Assembly: GCA_024679065.1 (NCBI GenBank)
Contig: JAGIQG010000001.1
Location: forward strand, 113,398,001 to 113,462,000
Length of the DNA stretch: 64,000 bases
Reading direction: 5' to 3'
Source: Sphyrna mokarran
Lineage: Eukaryota
This document shows, one piece after another, positions 23,553 to 36,529 of this stretch (positions are counted from its first letter, which is position 1; every line of letters begins with the position of its first letter). The position numbers and the translations under genes are program-made. The notes beneath the pieces were generated by a model. That model made no database searches and had not been told where the DNA came from. It saw nothing but the letters and a program-made list of their open reading frames with translations.

Positions 23553-25083
23553 GGGGGGATGGAGTGGAGTGAAGGGGAATGTCCCCTTTGGGGGTGTGAG
23601 GTGAGGGAGGGTATCCCCTTTATCGGGGGATGGGGAGAAGGTGGTGAGGGGGGTGTCCACTTTGGTGGGGCCAAAAGATCCTACCAGTGGGAATGGCTGG
23701 AAAATCTCATCCATGTTCTTCCTTAATTAGAAGGGAAAGGGCATTCAGAGGATTACTTAACCTGTCAGCCATTGTATTTTCAAATTCACTTCATATCAGT
23801 AAGGCTGTGTGAGCTGTTCACTTATTTCCCTTGTAGATTTGAGGAACAGTAGGTGTCAGAGGAGATCTACAAAATTGACAGAACTAATACTGGGGGAGGA
23901 AAGAGATGATTCAAGTGTTTTTGCTAAGTAGTTAAAGTCCAAAATCACAGTGAGAACAGAGTTGTTGATGGAAAAGAAAATACGGAGTAAGAGAATTTTT
24001 TAAGTCTCCCAATCAGTTTGGTGACTGCCAATTCCAAAACTAGGAAACAGATGTGTTCTCTATTACTGGATTATATCCACCAGTTGCTCTTCAAATATCA
24101 GTCTCCTGCTATTTCACACAACACAGAAATCCACAAAGGAGACCTGAAGTACTTTGTAAAAGATTTATTGTTAAAGTTCTGAATACATGGAATTTATTTA
24201 TGCACAAGTCCTTGACTTTCTAAGTGTCGCAGTGAAAGTTGCATTCTTGCTTTAATAGATTAAAAGTGGATTGTTCTTGATAATTCCAAAATGAATCAGT
24301 GTATTTTATTTCCTACTGAATAGTTCTTACATATTTTGCAAAATATAAATGCAGCCACATTTAGTATCTTGTTGCCAACACTAGTAAATTATCAGAATGA
24401 AACATTGAGGTGATTTTAAAAAAATGGAATCAGAACAAAAATGCTGGAAATAGAGAAGATCTGATGGTTTCTAAAGAGAAAAAGACAATGTAGAGTTCAA
24501 ATATATATCCTTCATAGGAAATCTTTCCTTCAATGATTTTGCCAATGCCATTTTAAATCTTTCCAAATGCTGACAGACCTTCTCCAAATTTTCAAAATAT
24601 TCTATTTTTTGATCAGGCAACTTTATTAGGTATGCATGGTGGTGGATATCACTGGGAATCAAAATGGCTTTAGTTTTTGCAAGATGTTACCTGACAGACA
24701 TTTGACGCTTTTGCCGTGTGTCGAGTTATTCTTTGTAAACAGTACTGTGGAGCTGCTTCACAAAAGGAACTTCAAAATAGAAGTGCTTTAAGTTTATTAT
24801 TAGTGTCACAAGCAGCTTGCGTTAACACTGCAATAAAGTTCCTGTGAAAATCCCCTAGTCACCACACTCTGGTGCCTGTTTAGATACACTGAAGGAGAGT
24901 TTAGCATGGCACTGCACCTAACCTAAGGGTATTCAAATCTCTAATGGTGACGCTTTATCTCAACAAACTGGAGTTCTAACATGTCATAGCACACAGTGGG
25001 ATGACATATGTGTTTTGAAAAAAGTTGTGTGACCCAGTGGATAACAATTGTTCATCTGAAGTTTTACATTAATTTTGTTATAG

Positions 25084-25209
25084 GCTCTGTCTGCTGCTCT
25101 AAGAAAGCAGAATGTTTCCTGCACATCTCTCAGTTTTGATAGTGGAGAGACAATGAAAAAATCTCATCCTGAAGAATTGACAACACAAATTGAAGTTCTA
25201 AAGCAACAG
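25084..25209 (+). CDS. TNIP3: TNIP3 exon (ALSAALRKQ...EELTTQIEVLKQQ)
   Basis: TAG|...CAG|GTAATA boundaries, 126 nt. It ends in the conserved EVLKQQ. Confidence 0.92.
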
Positions 25210-26433
25210 GTAATATATAACACACTGAATATTTTACAAGTAATTATAATTGTGCAGTGTATGGAGTTTAGAAAAACCTGCCTCGTTGTTTTGTTTTCAC
25301 TTATTTCTTAAGAATTCTTTAAAAAAGACGACTCTCATTCTTCTTTTCAAATTCTTCAGTGGGCTCGCCCTTGCCTCCTGCAGGTCCAACAACCCTTCTC
25401 CAATTTTGGCCTTTTATGCATCCCTAATTTTCATTTGCAGCATTGGTGGCCATACCTTTGAAATCTTGTGCATCCCATTAGAATGGGAGAACTCTCATAG
25501 TTGTGTGTCTCTCTCCACCTTTCAACATAATCCTTTAAATGCATTATAACCGAGCTTTTCGTCACCTGTCCTAATACCTCCTTCGGTTGTCCGTGGCCAA
25601 TTTTTTTATAGAACTCCAAAAGAAGCATTTTTGGAGTTGCACATACTGGGGAAAAAGACAAGTTAATAGAAATATTAGCAGAAGTGGACCATTTGCCCCC
25701 TCAAGCCTGCTACACAATTTAGTGTGATTGTGGCTGACCTTCAAATCTCAACTCCATTTTTCCCGTTGCTCTTTATAACGCTTGTTTCCTATAGAGATCA
25801 AGAATCTATTCAATAAAGCCTTAAATCAACTCAATAGTGATGTCTCTATGATTAGGGTTATGTAATTTTAAAAATCTCCAACATCTGACTGAAGAAATTT
25901 CTGCTTTCCTCAGTTCTAAATAAACATTCACTTATCTTGTGACAATGTTTACATCTACATGTGAGCAATGGCAAGTGTATCAGTAGGCAAAATCTGGATG
26001 TCAATGAACCATGAAGATGACTATCTTTCATTTTTGTGAAGATGCACTTGATGTTCCTATTTTTCTTGCAATATTGGTGATAGGAGTTAACGATAATGTG
26101 TTCAACTTCCTTGGTTATTTATGGAAATGTTCCAGTTTGTTCAGCAGCCTGGAAATTTTTGGCTTTTTAGTTCCGATTGTATAAAGTCTGATTTTCCTTT
26201 TGGTCCCATTTCCATCTTGTCTTCCATATTTTAACTTCTAATTCAGAATTTTATAACTGGTGCTTTGCAATTCATTTTTCCACTCAACCACATCAAGGAA
26301 GCGATGTGTGTTGGGGTATGTATCTGAATAAGCTTTATATTCATTATTGTGTGGATTGTCAGGAATATTGTTCAAAATAGGTTAATTCAAATTACATCCA
26401 TGAGCTCTTAAAATGTTTGGGGTTCTGTTAAAG

Positions 26434-26559
26434 GTGCAGATATTTGAAGAAGACTTTCAGAAAGAAAGATGTGACCGGGAAAGAATGCATGAAGAAAAAG
26501 AAGAATTGAAGAAAAACATTGAACACCTACAATCGAAACTTACTTTACTTAACACAAGG
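26434..26559 (+). CDS. TNIP3: TNIP3 exon encoding the UBAN domain (VQIFEEDFQKERCDRERMHEEKEELKKNIEHLQSKLTLLNTR)
   Basis: AAG|...|GTATTA boundaries. The DFxxER ubiquitin-binding signature shared by ABINs, NEMO and optineurin is intact. Confidence 0.95.
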
Positions 26560-26704
26560 GTATTACCACAGTAACTACCTTTCTACATTATGTTTGCCTC
26601 AATATCTGCTGCTATTTTAATCAATAGCTTTCATGTTCCACATATATTTATTTGATGCCACAGTCAAACATCAGCTAAGGGATTTTTTTATTCTTTTTTC
26701 ACAG

Positions 26705-26779
26705 CTTAAAACTTATGAGGAAGACTTTATGAAGGAAAAGAAAGAAAAGGATTTACTAGGGAAGAAACTGAAAAAACAG
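26705..26779 (+). CDS. TNIP3: TNIP3 exon (LKTYEEDFMKEKKEKDLLGKKLKKQ)
   Basis: A long T-tract with CAG| acceptor and donor CAG|GTATGA, 75 nt, phase 0/0. Confidence 0.9.
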
Positions 26780-26981
26780 GTATGAGACCATAGTTTTAGA
26801 TACATATCATGTGGAACTTCTGCCTGAATGCCTCTGGTACAACAGTTCAGTTAGTAGCTTTTTATCTAATGCTGTTTTTCAGTTTCTGATTCCATTAGAT
26901 GGATTGTAGATTGCATTGGGACTAAGAAGGTTGAAATTTAAATAGTCAGTGAGCTTTCTTAACTTAAGCTTTAGATTTAGA

Positions 26982-27275
26982 TGACGGCACAGTGGTTAGC
27001 AGGGCTGCCTCACAATGGCAGGGGCCGTGTTCAATTCCCGGCTTGGATCATTGTCAATGCTGAGTCTGCACATTCTCCCTATGTCTGCATGGGTTTTCTC
27101 TGGGTGCTCCTGTTTTCTCCCACACTCCAAAAGACATACTGGTTAGCTGCACTGACCATGCTAAATTCTCCCTTAGTATATGTGAACAGTGCTGGAGTGT
27201 GACGACTAGGGGATTTTCACTGTAAGCTCATTGCAATGTTCATGTAAGTCTACTTGTGACACTAATAATTAAACT
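26982..27275 (+). mobile_element. HE1-like SINE (family A)
   Basis: It has the GGCACAGTGGTTAGCA head and the family body and tail. Confidence 0.85.
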
Positions 27276-28154
27276 TAGATTTAGCTTTTATATTAGGGTA
27301 CCAGTTTACTGAAAATTAAAGGGAGTATTCACATGATTTTGGTAGTAAAATTAAAAATGCATATATTCTGATGACATGTTATACCCTGATTCCTGTTCAT
27401 TGCAACACATTCCATGATATTAGTTACATTGTTTAGAAAACTTCAGTTTTAGAACTGAAGATTAGCCTTACAAAATGACTCTATGAAAGACACTCTGAAT
27501 AACCCTTATTCTAGCCTCAGTATCAGTTTGTCCTATTGAACCTCCTCAACTTATGTATGTTGCTAAATAGCAGCTCTTCACATGGGATTTCATGTAGAAC
27601 CCCAACAAAATCCCATTTTTAGTTTGATATATTTTTTCCAGGCTTTTGTAAACACAAGGATTATCAGACAGAATGACTAAATGAAGTGTGGTATAAAGGT
27701 TTGAAAAGGTCTGTCTTAATCAGTAGCTCATACAAATTTTGACCAACTAACATCTCTTCCTTGCATAATTAACTTATCGTCTACAGCGATGATAATGTCT
27801 GTAAAACCCCTGCTATGGCATTCAGTTTAAGAGTTAGAAATATCTACTGTTTTGGGAAGAAAAGGGAGACATTACAGATGAGATTTTATGGCCTTGCTCA
27901 TCCTGGAACTGTAAACTCCTGCCTGAGGTCAACGGACATTTCCATTGTCCACCTCTTGCCAGCTTCAATTCTGTGGCAGTCAGGGCAGTAAAAACTTCTG
28001 AGATCCGAAATAGTCGTAGAAAGTTTGCAGATTTTCCCGCACCTGAGAATAAAAGGGGAGAGCCATAGCTACAAAAATATTATGGTTTTTCCTGATGGTG
28101 GAATTTCTAAAATTATAATTTTGCTACCTCTTAAAATTAGCTGCCTTCTAAACC

Positions 28155-28420
28155 ATAGAATCCCTGCAATGAAGAGGAGGCCGTTTTGATCCATCCAGTC
28201 AGCACTGACCCTCCGAGCATCTTAACTAGATACACTGCCACCCTCCACCCTCCCCCCCTCTCCCCTACCACCACCACCACTACCGCCATTTCCAAAGTTT
28301 CACTCATTTACCGTGGCTGATCCATCTATGCTACACATGTTTGGACTGTGGGAGAAAACTTAAGTGTCCAGAGCAAAACCACATAGGCACGGGGAAGAGC
28401 ATGCAAACTCCATACAGACA
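28155..28420 (-). mobile_element. HE1-like SINE fragment
   Basis: It has a CATAGAATCCCTGCAATG tail and the body TGCAAACTCCATACAGACAG in reverse orientation. Confidence 0.7.
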
Positions 28421-29107
28421 GTGGCTGGAGTTTATCAATTTTTCTTAAACCTGCTGTTAACAGTACAAATTTACAGTCTGAATTGCATTTTGTAAGTTTT
28501 GAGAAGCCCGTTTTTGTATGGAGTGCAGTGTGATTGCTGTTGCTGTGCAGCATTAGCACCGCAAGTCTAAGTGGCTTTTCTGCCTATGTTATCAACAGAA
28601 TCATTTGGCATATGCACAGTACAAAAGATAATAACTCAACAGCGTATAGCTACAGTGCTAAACCGCCCTGTGAATATTTTTGTTTTTGCAAGAGTCGCCC
28701 ACTGAAGATGGCAATCTGTTGCTCACCTGCCTCAAGGCTGTGACTCTTTGTCAGTTCAATGTGCTGATAACTCTCAGTTTCTGCTGACATTTACTCTTCC
28801 TTTTTTACTTCTTGGTTGAGTAAAAGCCAGAAAACAGCACACACGGACAGATAAACTTCAGCATCAGCACTGTACAGAACTGGATCTGTTAAAACTAGAC
28901 ATCTTATTGTAGCTTATACTCCCACTCCACAAAACAAGAATAAATTATAAAGTTGATATATTGTTTTGCAAAGTAAGACCTTATTAGAAACTTTGGTTCT
29001 GATCATTACTGGGGCAAGATTTCCAAGTGGCAGGGGGGAGTTCTAGATCCAGCAAACGTCAAGGAATTTTAACTCTGTTTCAGCATTTCCACCTGGAATC
29101 CAGCCTG

Positions 29108-30045
29108 GGAGATAGTGACATTATGATAATGTCGCTGAACTAGTAATTCCAAAGCCCAGGCTAATGCTCTGGAGGCACGGGTTCAATTCCCACTGTGGCA
29201 GTTTGTGGAATTCCAATTTTATTAATAAATCTGAAACTTAAAACTAATCTCCATAATGGTGACCACAACATCATTGTTGATTGCCATAAAAATTCACCCG
29301 TTCACTAATCTCCTTTAGGAGAGGAAATTTTGCCATCTTATCTGGTCTGGCCTACGTGTGAATCCAGACCCACAACAATACGGAAAGCCTAACCGCCTTT
29401 GGAAATGAAATGACTTAGTAAACCACTTACTATAAATTTAAAAGAAATAAGCCAGGCTGTAACTTCATGGTCCAGCATATCCCTTACTCTATCATTACCT
29501 CCAAGCTAAGGGTTCATCTCTGGTCAATGAAGAGTTTAGGGTGGAGAATGCCAAGAGTGCAATACCAAAAGAGCAATTGCCTAATAACGAGGGCCATGAT
29601 TTTAATGGTTTGACAGCTCTGAAATTGGGGCAGCGAGGTTTGCAGAATGGTATTCTCCGTTGGTCTTAGATGTGATCTTACAAGCCTTGGGTGGGTGTGC
29701 TGGTAAAATTCTGGCCAAGGTATCAAATTGCAATGGCATGGTTTCACAGTGGTTAGCACTGCTGCCTCACAGCACTTGGGACCCAGGTTCACTTGCCAGC
29801 TTGAGTCACTGCCTGTAAGGAGTTTGCACATTCTCCCCCTGTCTGTATGAGTTTTCTCTGGGTGCTCCAGTTTCCTCCCACAGTCCAAAGATGTGCAGGT
29901 TAGGTTGATTGGCCATGCTAAATTGTCCCTTAATGTGAGGGGGCTAACTAAGGTAAATGCAAGGGGATGGTGTGTGGCTGTGTTGTGGTCTGTGCTGACT
30001 CGATGGACTGATTGGCCTCCTTCTGTACTGTAGGACTCTATGATT
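29108..30045 (+). mobile_element. Family-B SINE (29108-29430) and HE1-like SINE (29735-30045)
   Basis: The first has a GGGTTCAATTCCC B-box plus the family-B body. The second has the CAGTGGTTAGCACTGCTGCCTCACAGC head and a CTATGATTCTA tail. Confidence 0.8.
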
Positions 30046-30094
30046 CTAACCTTGTGAAATTAGCAAACAGGATTACTTGTGTGCCAAACAGTGG

Positions 30095-30545
30095 AAGCAC
30101 TAGATGAGAGAGTTAAGCAATCCCACAACCAATGGATGAGATTTAAAGCTCTGCAGTTCTGCCACATCTAGTTGTGAATGATGATGGATATTTAAACACC
30201 TCGCTGGAGGAGAAAGCTCCACAAATATTTCCATCATCAGTGATAGGAGAGCCCAGTACATCAGTGCAAAAGACAAGCCTGCAACATTTGTATCCAACTT
30301 CAACGAGTGCTGAGTGAATGATTAATCATGTACTGGATTTTGCAAAGGCAACAGGCCCTGGCAACTATCCAGTACTGAAAAACTGTGATCCAGAACTAGC
30401 CGTGTCCATGGTCAAGCTGTTTCAGTACAACTACAACACTGGCTCCTATCTAGCAATGTGAAAAATTGCCCAGGTTATGTCCTGTACACAAGAAATAGGA
30501 CAGATGCAACCTACCCTACCAGTCTATTCTTGAACATCAGCAAAA
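30095..30545 (+). mobile_element. Decayed LINE fragment (same family as 6140-7820)
   Basis: It is similar to the reverse complement of 6260-6690 (CAATCCCACAACCAATGGAT..., CAGTACAACTACAACACTGG). Confidence 0.75.
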
Positions 30546-30546
30546 T

Positions 30547-31012
30547 GATGTTTACAAGGATGTTGCCTGGATTGGGAGGCATGCCTTATGAAGACAGGTT
30601 GAGGGAGCTGGGACTGTTCTCCCTGGAGAGACGAAGGTTGAGAGGCGACCTGATAGAGGTTTACAAGATGTTGAGAGGAATAGATAGGGTGGACTCTCAG
30701 AGACTATTTCCCAGGGCTGAAATGGTCGCGACGAGAGGGCACAGATTTAAGGTGCAGGGAAGCAAGTACAGAGGGGATACTAGGGGAAAGTTTTTCACTC
30801 AGAGGGTGGTGAGTGAATGGAATCGGCTGCCGTCGGTGATGGTCGAGGCGAACTCGCTGGGGTCTTTTAAAAGACTTCTGGATGCGTATATGGGATCCAA
30901 TGGGATTGGGGGTTATAGATAGGTCTATGGCTGGGTAGGTTTTTGATGTGCTCGGCACAACTTGTGGGCCGAAGGGCCTGTTTGTGCTGTAGTGTTCTAT
31001 GTTCTATGTTCT
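30547..31012 (+). mobile_element. Young 5'-truncated CR1 insertion with 5-bp TSD AAAAT
   Basis: The ORF2 C-terminus is uninterrupted (FTRMLPGL..YEDRLRELGLFSLERRRLRGDLIEVYK..FFTQRVV). CpGs are retained and a (TGTTCTA)3 tail is present. AAAAT occurs at 30542-30546 and 31013-31017. Confidence 0.92.
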
Positions 31013-31017
31013 AAAAT

Positions 31018-31310
31018 CACAGAATCACTATAGTGCAGAAGGAGACCATTTGGCTCATCAGGTCTGCACCGACAATAATCCCACCCAGGCCCAGATTATA
31101 ACCCTCTGCATTTCCCTGACACTAAGAGGCAATTTAGCATGGCCAATCCATCTAATCCAACATATATGGACTGTGGAAGGAAACCAGAGTACCTGGAGGA
31201 AACCCATGGAAAGAATGTGCAAACTTCACATGGATAGTAACCCAAGCCAGGAATTGAACCCGAGTCCCTGGCGCTGTGAGGCAGCAGTGCTAACCACTGT
31301 GCACCGTACT
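31018..31310 (-). mobile_element. HE1-like SINE
   Basis: It has the reverse head CCTGGCGCTGTGAGGCAGCAGTGCTAACCACTGTGC. Confidence 0.85.
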
Positions 31311-32124
31311 GCTTGTGATGGGAGGGATCATTAGCAGTGCAGTCAAATGGCACTTGATAAGCAATAACCTACTCACTGAGCCTTAGTTTGGGTTTCAGTG
31401 GATTCAGTATGCCATGATTCTTGCTATCTAATAACACCTTGATTTAGGGTATTCGTGAGATTACCAATTGAATCAGATGGCCATCTTTAGCCATCTGTTA
31501 CACCAGCATCTGAATGTAGAATGGAAAACCAGCATTTGTATTCTGCAGGCATCTTCTAAAAACCTAAGTCAATTGGGATTAAAACTTATCAGTTCTTATC
31601 TCATCGTTTATTATTCTTTTAGAGGCAAACTTTGTAGGATTGAATGATACGGAGAGTAAAGTTCCACTTTTGATCTCTAGTCTGTCTTGAATTAGCAGAT
31701 CAGAGGTAAAATTGTTGTGCATTCCAACTTCTAATCAGTGTTAAAGTGGGTCATGTGTGGAGTGAGAGAAGATTGTGTGGTTAGCAGTTCAGCTGTGTTG
31801 TTACTGTATCACTGAATCACTCTGACTGAGCTTATGAATGATGATAAAGTTCTTAGGGGAAGTTAGGAAGAGGTGACAGGTATTTGTGGAACTATCTCCG
31901 AGAGTGAGCCTTTAAGGAGAGAACATTTGTTTCTCAATCTGGCTATATATTCGTCTACACTTTTCCCTATAAAATATTTCTGTATATCTGTGGCAATCCT
32001 ACCATATCTCAAAGTTCTACAGTTAATAATCAAGGTTACTGTTGTATTAACCTCCTGTCAAGAGTTCTGGAATTCATTTGTGATTTGTACCAACTTCCAA
32101 AGCAGATAAAATAACTTAAAGCAC

Positions 32125-32435
32125 AAGTGACTTACGTTAACACTGCGATGAAGTTACTGTGAAAATCCCTTAGAATGAAAATACAGACACTTTTTATGAC
32201 ACTGTTACATTAGTTGTGTAGTTACTAGCTCCCCGCTCGACTCCACTGAGGGAGAATTTAGCATGGCCAAGGCATGTAACCAGGGTGTCTTTTGGACTTT
32301 GGGAGGAAACTGGAACACCCGAGGAAACTCATGCAGACATAGGAAGAACATGCAAACTCCACACAGACAATGACCCAAACTAGGAATTGAACCTGGGTCT
32401 CTGGCACTGAGGCAGCAATGCTAACCACTGTGTCA
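32125..32435 (-). mobile_element. HE1-like SINE, variant with an extra segment near the tail
   Basis: It has the reverse head GAGGCAGCAATGCTAACCACTGTG. The extra segment is shared with 10741-10850. Confidence 0.8.
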
Positions 32436-34034
32436 TTGTGGTTAAACAACAAGAATGGCTCCTGATGCAACTATAGTCAGTGATGGCTGAATGTCCTCCT
32501 TCGCTGCTGCCCACTATGAGGGATTTGCAGGCATCAGTGGAACACACTTTGCAGTCAGAAAGCCATTTTAAATAAGTTGAGCCCTGGATCGTGTGACAAC
32601 CATCATCATTCAGACCTCAGGCTGCTCCCACTCACTTCTCAACCTTTATCTGCACTTTTTCATAACTCATTCTACAAAGGCACTGACTAACCATGCTTAC
32701 ATCAATGAGATGTGGGGTTGATTGGAATTTAAAACAATGACATTCAATTTTTCAACAAATTAACCCCAATAGCTCTGTTAGATTCTCAAACACAATTTGC
32801 ACAAATGCAAACATTTGAAGGTGACATTAACAGGTTGTATTGTGCTAAAATCTCTTTGAATTTGCATATTGCAGAACAAACCTCCTTCAACCTTTCAGTT
32901 TACTTGGGTACCTGTGAGGTTGCTGGAGATAAAAACAGGGAACTGTTGAACCTCATGATTATCGAGACGTAATATCAAAGTCATAGCTTGCTGAAATGGA
33001 AGGGGTAGATTTAGAGTTTGTGTTTAACAGCCTGCTTTTCATTTCTCCTGATTTTTAATTCCACTGACTTCATGGCAGTTCATTGAGGGGCTGAATAGCC
33101 TACTCCATAGTTTCTATGTTTCTATATCTAAAATGGCTAATGACCCACTACCACTACATTTTACCCAGCAGCACAATATTGAAATGTACCCCAAGGTCCT
33201 CACTGAAGTACATCTGGTTATTGTTCACCACAATATACCAGGATGAGTACATTTCTGGAGGCAGTACAGATAACAGTCCCACTGCTTACTGTGACTGCGT
33301 GGGTATCAACCCGATTTGCCTGTTATGAGCAGTGGACAATAACAGCAGGAAGTCTGTTGGGGAAGCAGACAGGCTACAAAGGGAGGGATGGAATGTAAGA
33401 AATCTGATAGCCTTTCCACTTGTTAAATTGGTATATTCCGATCTTGAAAGAGAGATGATACCAAGTGAAGGATAGCAAAAGAATGGAGAACTAGGCAAAG
33501 CAATTATGTGGTATCAGAGGGAGTGTCAATATTTCTTCTGTTTCTCCACTTGTTCCTTTCTCAGAATTGCTTAAAGAGAAACAGTATTCTTTGGTTTTGG
33601 GGGAATGCCCAGTGTCCCTTTTAGAGACTGTTGGTAAGGCTGTTTTGTCTCTGTTTGTGACTGCTTATCTGAAGACCCCAGTCAAAACAGCAGCAAACCT
33701 GGCAACAATGGAAATGGGGCAGAGATCTGCACTCTGATTCTGAGTATGTTGTAAAACCCCATTCACACCAATAACAGGAATGAAAATCAAGACCAAACAT
33801 TCCCAAATCTCTCACTTTTTGTCATGCAACTTTCCTTTCTTAATATTTTTCTTTCATTTTTATTCTGGGGAATCATGAAGGAAGGAATAGCTATTTTTTT
33901 TAAGCGGAAGTAGAATAGAAGGATCATGGAATCTTCGAGCACAGAAGGAGGTCATTTCTACCTCCCATGACAGTGCCAGTACTTTGGAAGAGCTGTCCAA
34001 TATAGTCACACACTCAGGGCTTTTCTGCATGTAC

Positions 34035-34265
34035 AGTGGCATAGTGGTTTGCATTGCTGCCTCATAACACCAAGGACCTGAGTTCAATTTTGGCTTGGGT
34101 TATTATCTATGCAGAATCTGCATGTTCTCCCCATGTCTGCATGGATTTCATCCAGATGCACCAGTTTCCTCCTATAATCCAAAAGATGTGCTAGTTGGGT
34201 GCATTGGCCATACTAAGCTCTCCCTCAGTGTACCCAAATCGGCACCCGAGTGTGGCAACTACGGG
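34035..34265 (+). mobile_element. HE1-like SINE
   Basis: It has a GGCATAGTGGTTTGCATTGCTGCCTCA head and the family body. Confidence 0.8.
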
Positions 34266-35585
34266 AAACAGCCCAGCCAATTCATGCCAGTGTTTGTGTT
34301 CCGCCCAAAACCATCCTCATCTTTTCTCATTTAACTCTTCCATTGTAGCCATCTATTCCTCTATCCCTCACGTGCTTGTCTAACTCCCCTGGTAAATACA
34401 TCTATAGTGCTCATAGAAACCTCCCCTCTGGTACTGAGTTCCACATTCTTAAACACCGTTCAGATAAAAAAAAAATTGTCTTCTAAATTTTATACTGGAT
34501 TTTTAAAAATTTTGATATCCTCTAGTTATGCTGTTCTTCCACAGGAGGAAGCATGGCGCAGAATTTTACCTCGCACAAATCTGGATTGCAAACCCGCTCA
34601 GGAAAATAGTGGAACTTCCAATTTTACTAGTGGTAGCTCATGACTAATCTACCACTACGTTTGCCATCCTGTGCGAAACAGTTGCTCATACCCCTCAGCC
34701 CACCCCCGTCCATCTCCCTCTCTGAGAGCTGCCAGTCAAGTCAGAGGACTGGCAGCTCAGCAGCCCCACCAGGAGCAGTGGCCTCTGTTGAGACATGCAG
34801 GGTCACTATCAGGAGGGAATTCCCTCTGAGCCCATGGAAGCTGACTTCCCTGCATGCGGCCTACTCTCTGATTTTAAAAAAAACACAATTCCTTGTGAGC
34901 TGCTGCTGGGGAGGCCCCCTGCATGCAGCTGATAGCCTTCCTACCGGACAAATACGGGTCAACCTACTGTTGGAGCAATACTGATGACCTGCTAAAATTA
35001 CTAAGGCATTTGAATGTTTAAATTTTCTTCCCGCCTACTTGTGGTGAGAAGCCTGGATGCAGCACATCCCATTGGTAAGATTCCCCGATGGTGAAGCCTA
35101 GGTGCCCAGAATTTAATATCCACCTGAATCTAACCAATAATCCATAAAGATTTGGTATGACCTCCTTGGGTTTTTATGCAACCTATTTACAAAACAAAAT
35201 ATCCCAAATCATTCCATAACTATTGTATCAAACTGCCATGCCAGTATCAAGAAACAGTGAACGTTATTTCTCAATCTTTGAAATGAGGCATTGCAGGGAC
35301 AGTCAAGGAGTGGAAATGTCTGTGAGAGACACAAATGCAGCTTTAATATAAACTTTCATTAACTTTGGAGAGATCAGTGCAACTTTGCTAACTGTAAAAT
35401 ATGCCATTGGTCCAGCCTCTGTGCATTCGGAGGAGCTGGGACATGAGTAGAAGTTATAAAGGTTTGTGCAGTTTATGTTTCTAATAATGGTAAAACTTGA
35501 CGCAGCTCCAGTTAGTGGCATCAGATTTTTGTGAACCCATTCAGTTCCAATGTAAATTATATGACGTTTCGTATATTTCTCTCAG

Positions 35586-35750
35586 GCTACAGGCTTTTCA
35601 CAGTCACCTACAGCCCCTTACCCACCTCTTGCGTATGCGCCGTGTGCACCTTACGTTAATTATGGACATCCCTATGGAATCCCTATCCACTATCCAGGAC
35701 CTGCATTGCTGGCACCACAGACAGAAAGTAGAGATTATCAACATCCCATG
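35586..35750 (+). CDS. TNIP3: TNIP3 Pro/Tyr-rich exon (ATGFSQSPTAPYPPLAYAPCAPYVNYGHPYGIPIHYPGPALLAPQTESRDYQHPM)
   Basis: TTTCTCTCAG|...ATG|GTGAGT boundaries, 165 nt, phase 0/0. A Pro-rich C-terminal region is typical of TNIP1/3. Confidence 0.85.
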
Positions 35751-35892
35751 GTGAGTAATAGTTGGTGCTACACAATGAAATCCTAAAAATACACAAAGAT
35801 AAATTGTATTTTATCCCTAAAGAGAAATTAAGGGATATGGGAAGTACAACACTTCTCATTTAATGTAGCCTACTCATGACTATGTATATCAT

Positions 35893-36215
35893 ATCATAGA
35901 ATCCCTGCAATGCAGAAGGAGGCCATTCGGCCCATCAGGTCTGCATCAACTCTCTGACAGAGCATCTTACCCCGGCCCATCCCTGTAACTTCAGGCATTT
36001 ACCCTGCTAATCTCTCTAACTTACATCGTTCTCACTAAGGAACAATTTAGCATGGCCAGTTAACCCAAGTTTGAACTGTAGGTTTTCCTCCTGTAGAAGG
36101 AGGAAAGCCAGGCAGACACGGGGAGACTGTGCACGTGTGTGGAGTTTGCACAGTCACCCAAGGCTGGAATTGAACCAGGATTCCTGATGCTGTGAGGCAA
36201 TAGTGGTAACCACTA
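35893..36215 (-). mobile_element. HE1-like SINE
   Basis: It has a CATAGAATCCCTGCAATGCAG tail and the reverse head GCTGTGAGGCAATAGTGGTAACCACT. Confidence 0.8.
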
Positions 36216-36529
36216 TGTAATCCTGTTAGTTCATGCAGCCCGGGTAACATCACAGAAGGGAGAATCTGCTTGTGTCTTTGCCTGGCCTCATTTGACTTAA
36301 GTGAGGAACCGGGAGCTGATAAAGGAATAATTTGAATATATATAGCACGTTAAAGAGAGATTGATGACCATTTCAGCTGGTTTTGTGATGTTGGATGAGG
36401 GATAAATGCTGTCTAGGATATCAGGCAAATACCCCTGCTCTTCTTTGAAAATATCAAGAGTCATTCTATTCTCTGAGGCAGAGAGGACATCAGTTTAACA
36501 TCTTATTCTCGCTACTCTTGGGGTAATGT

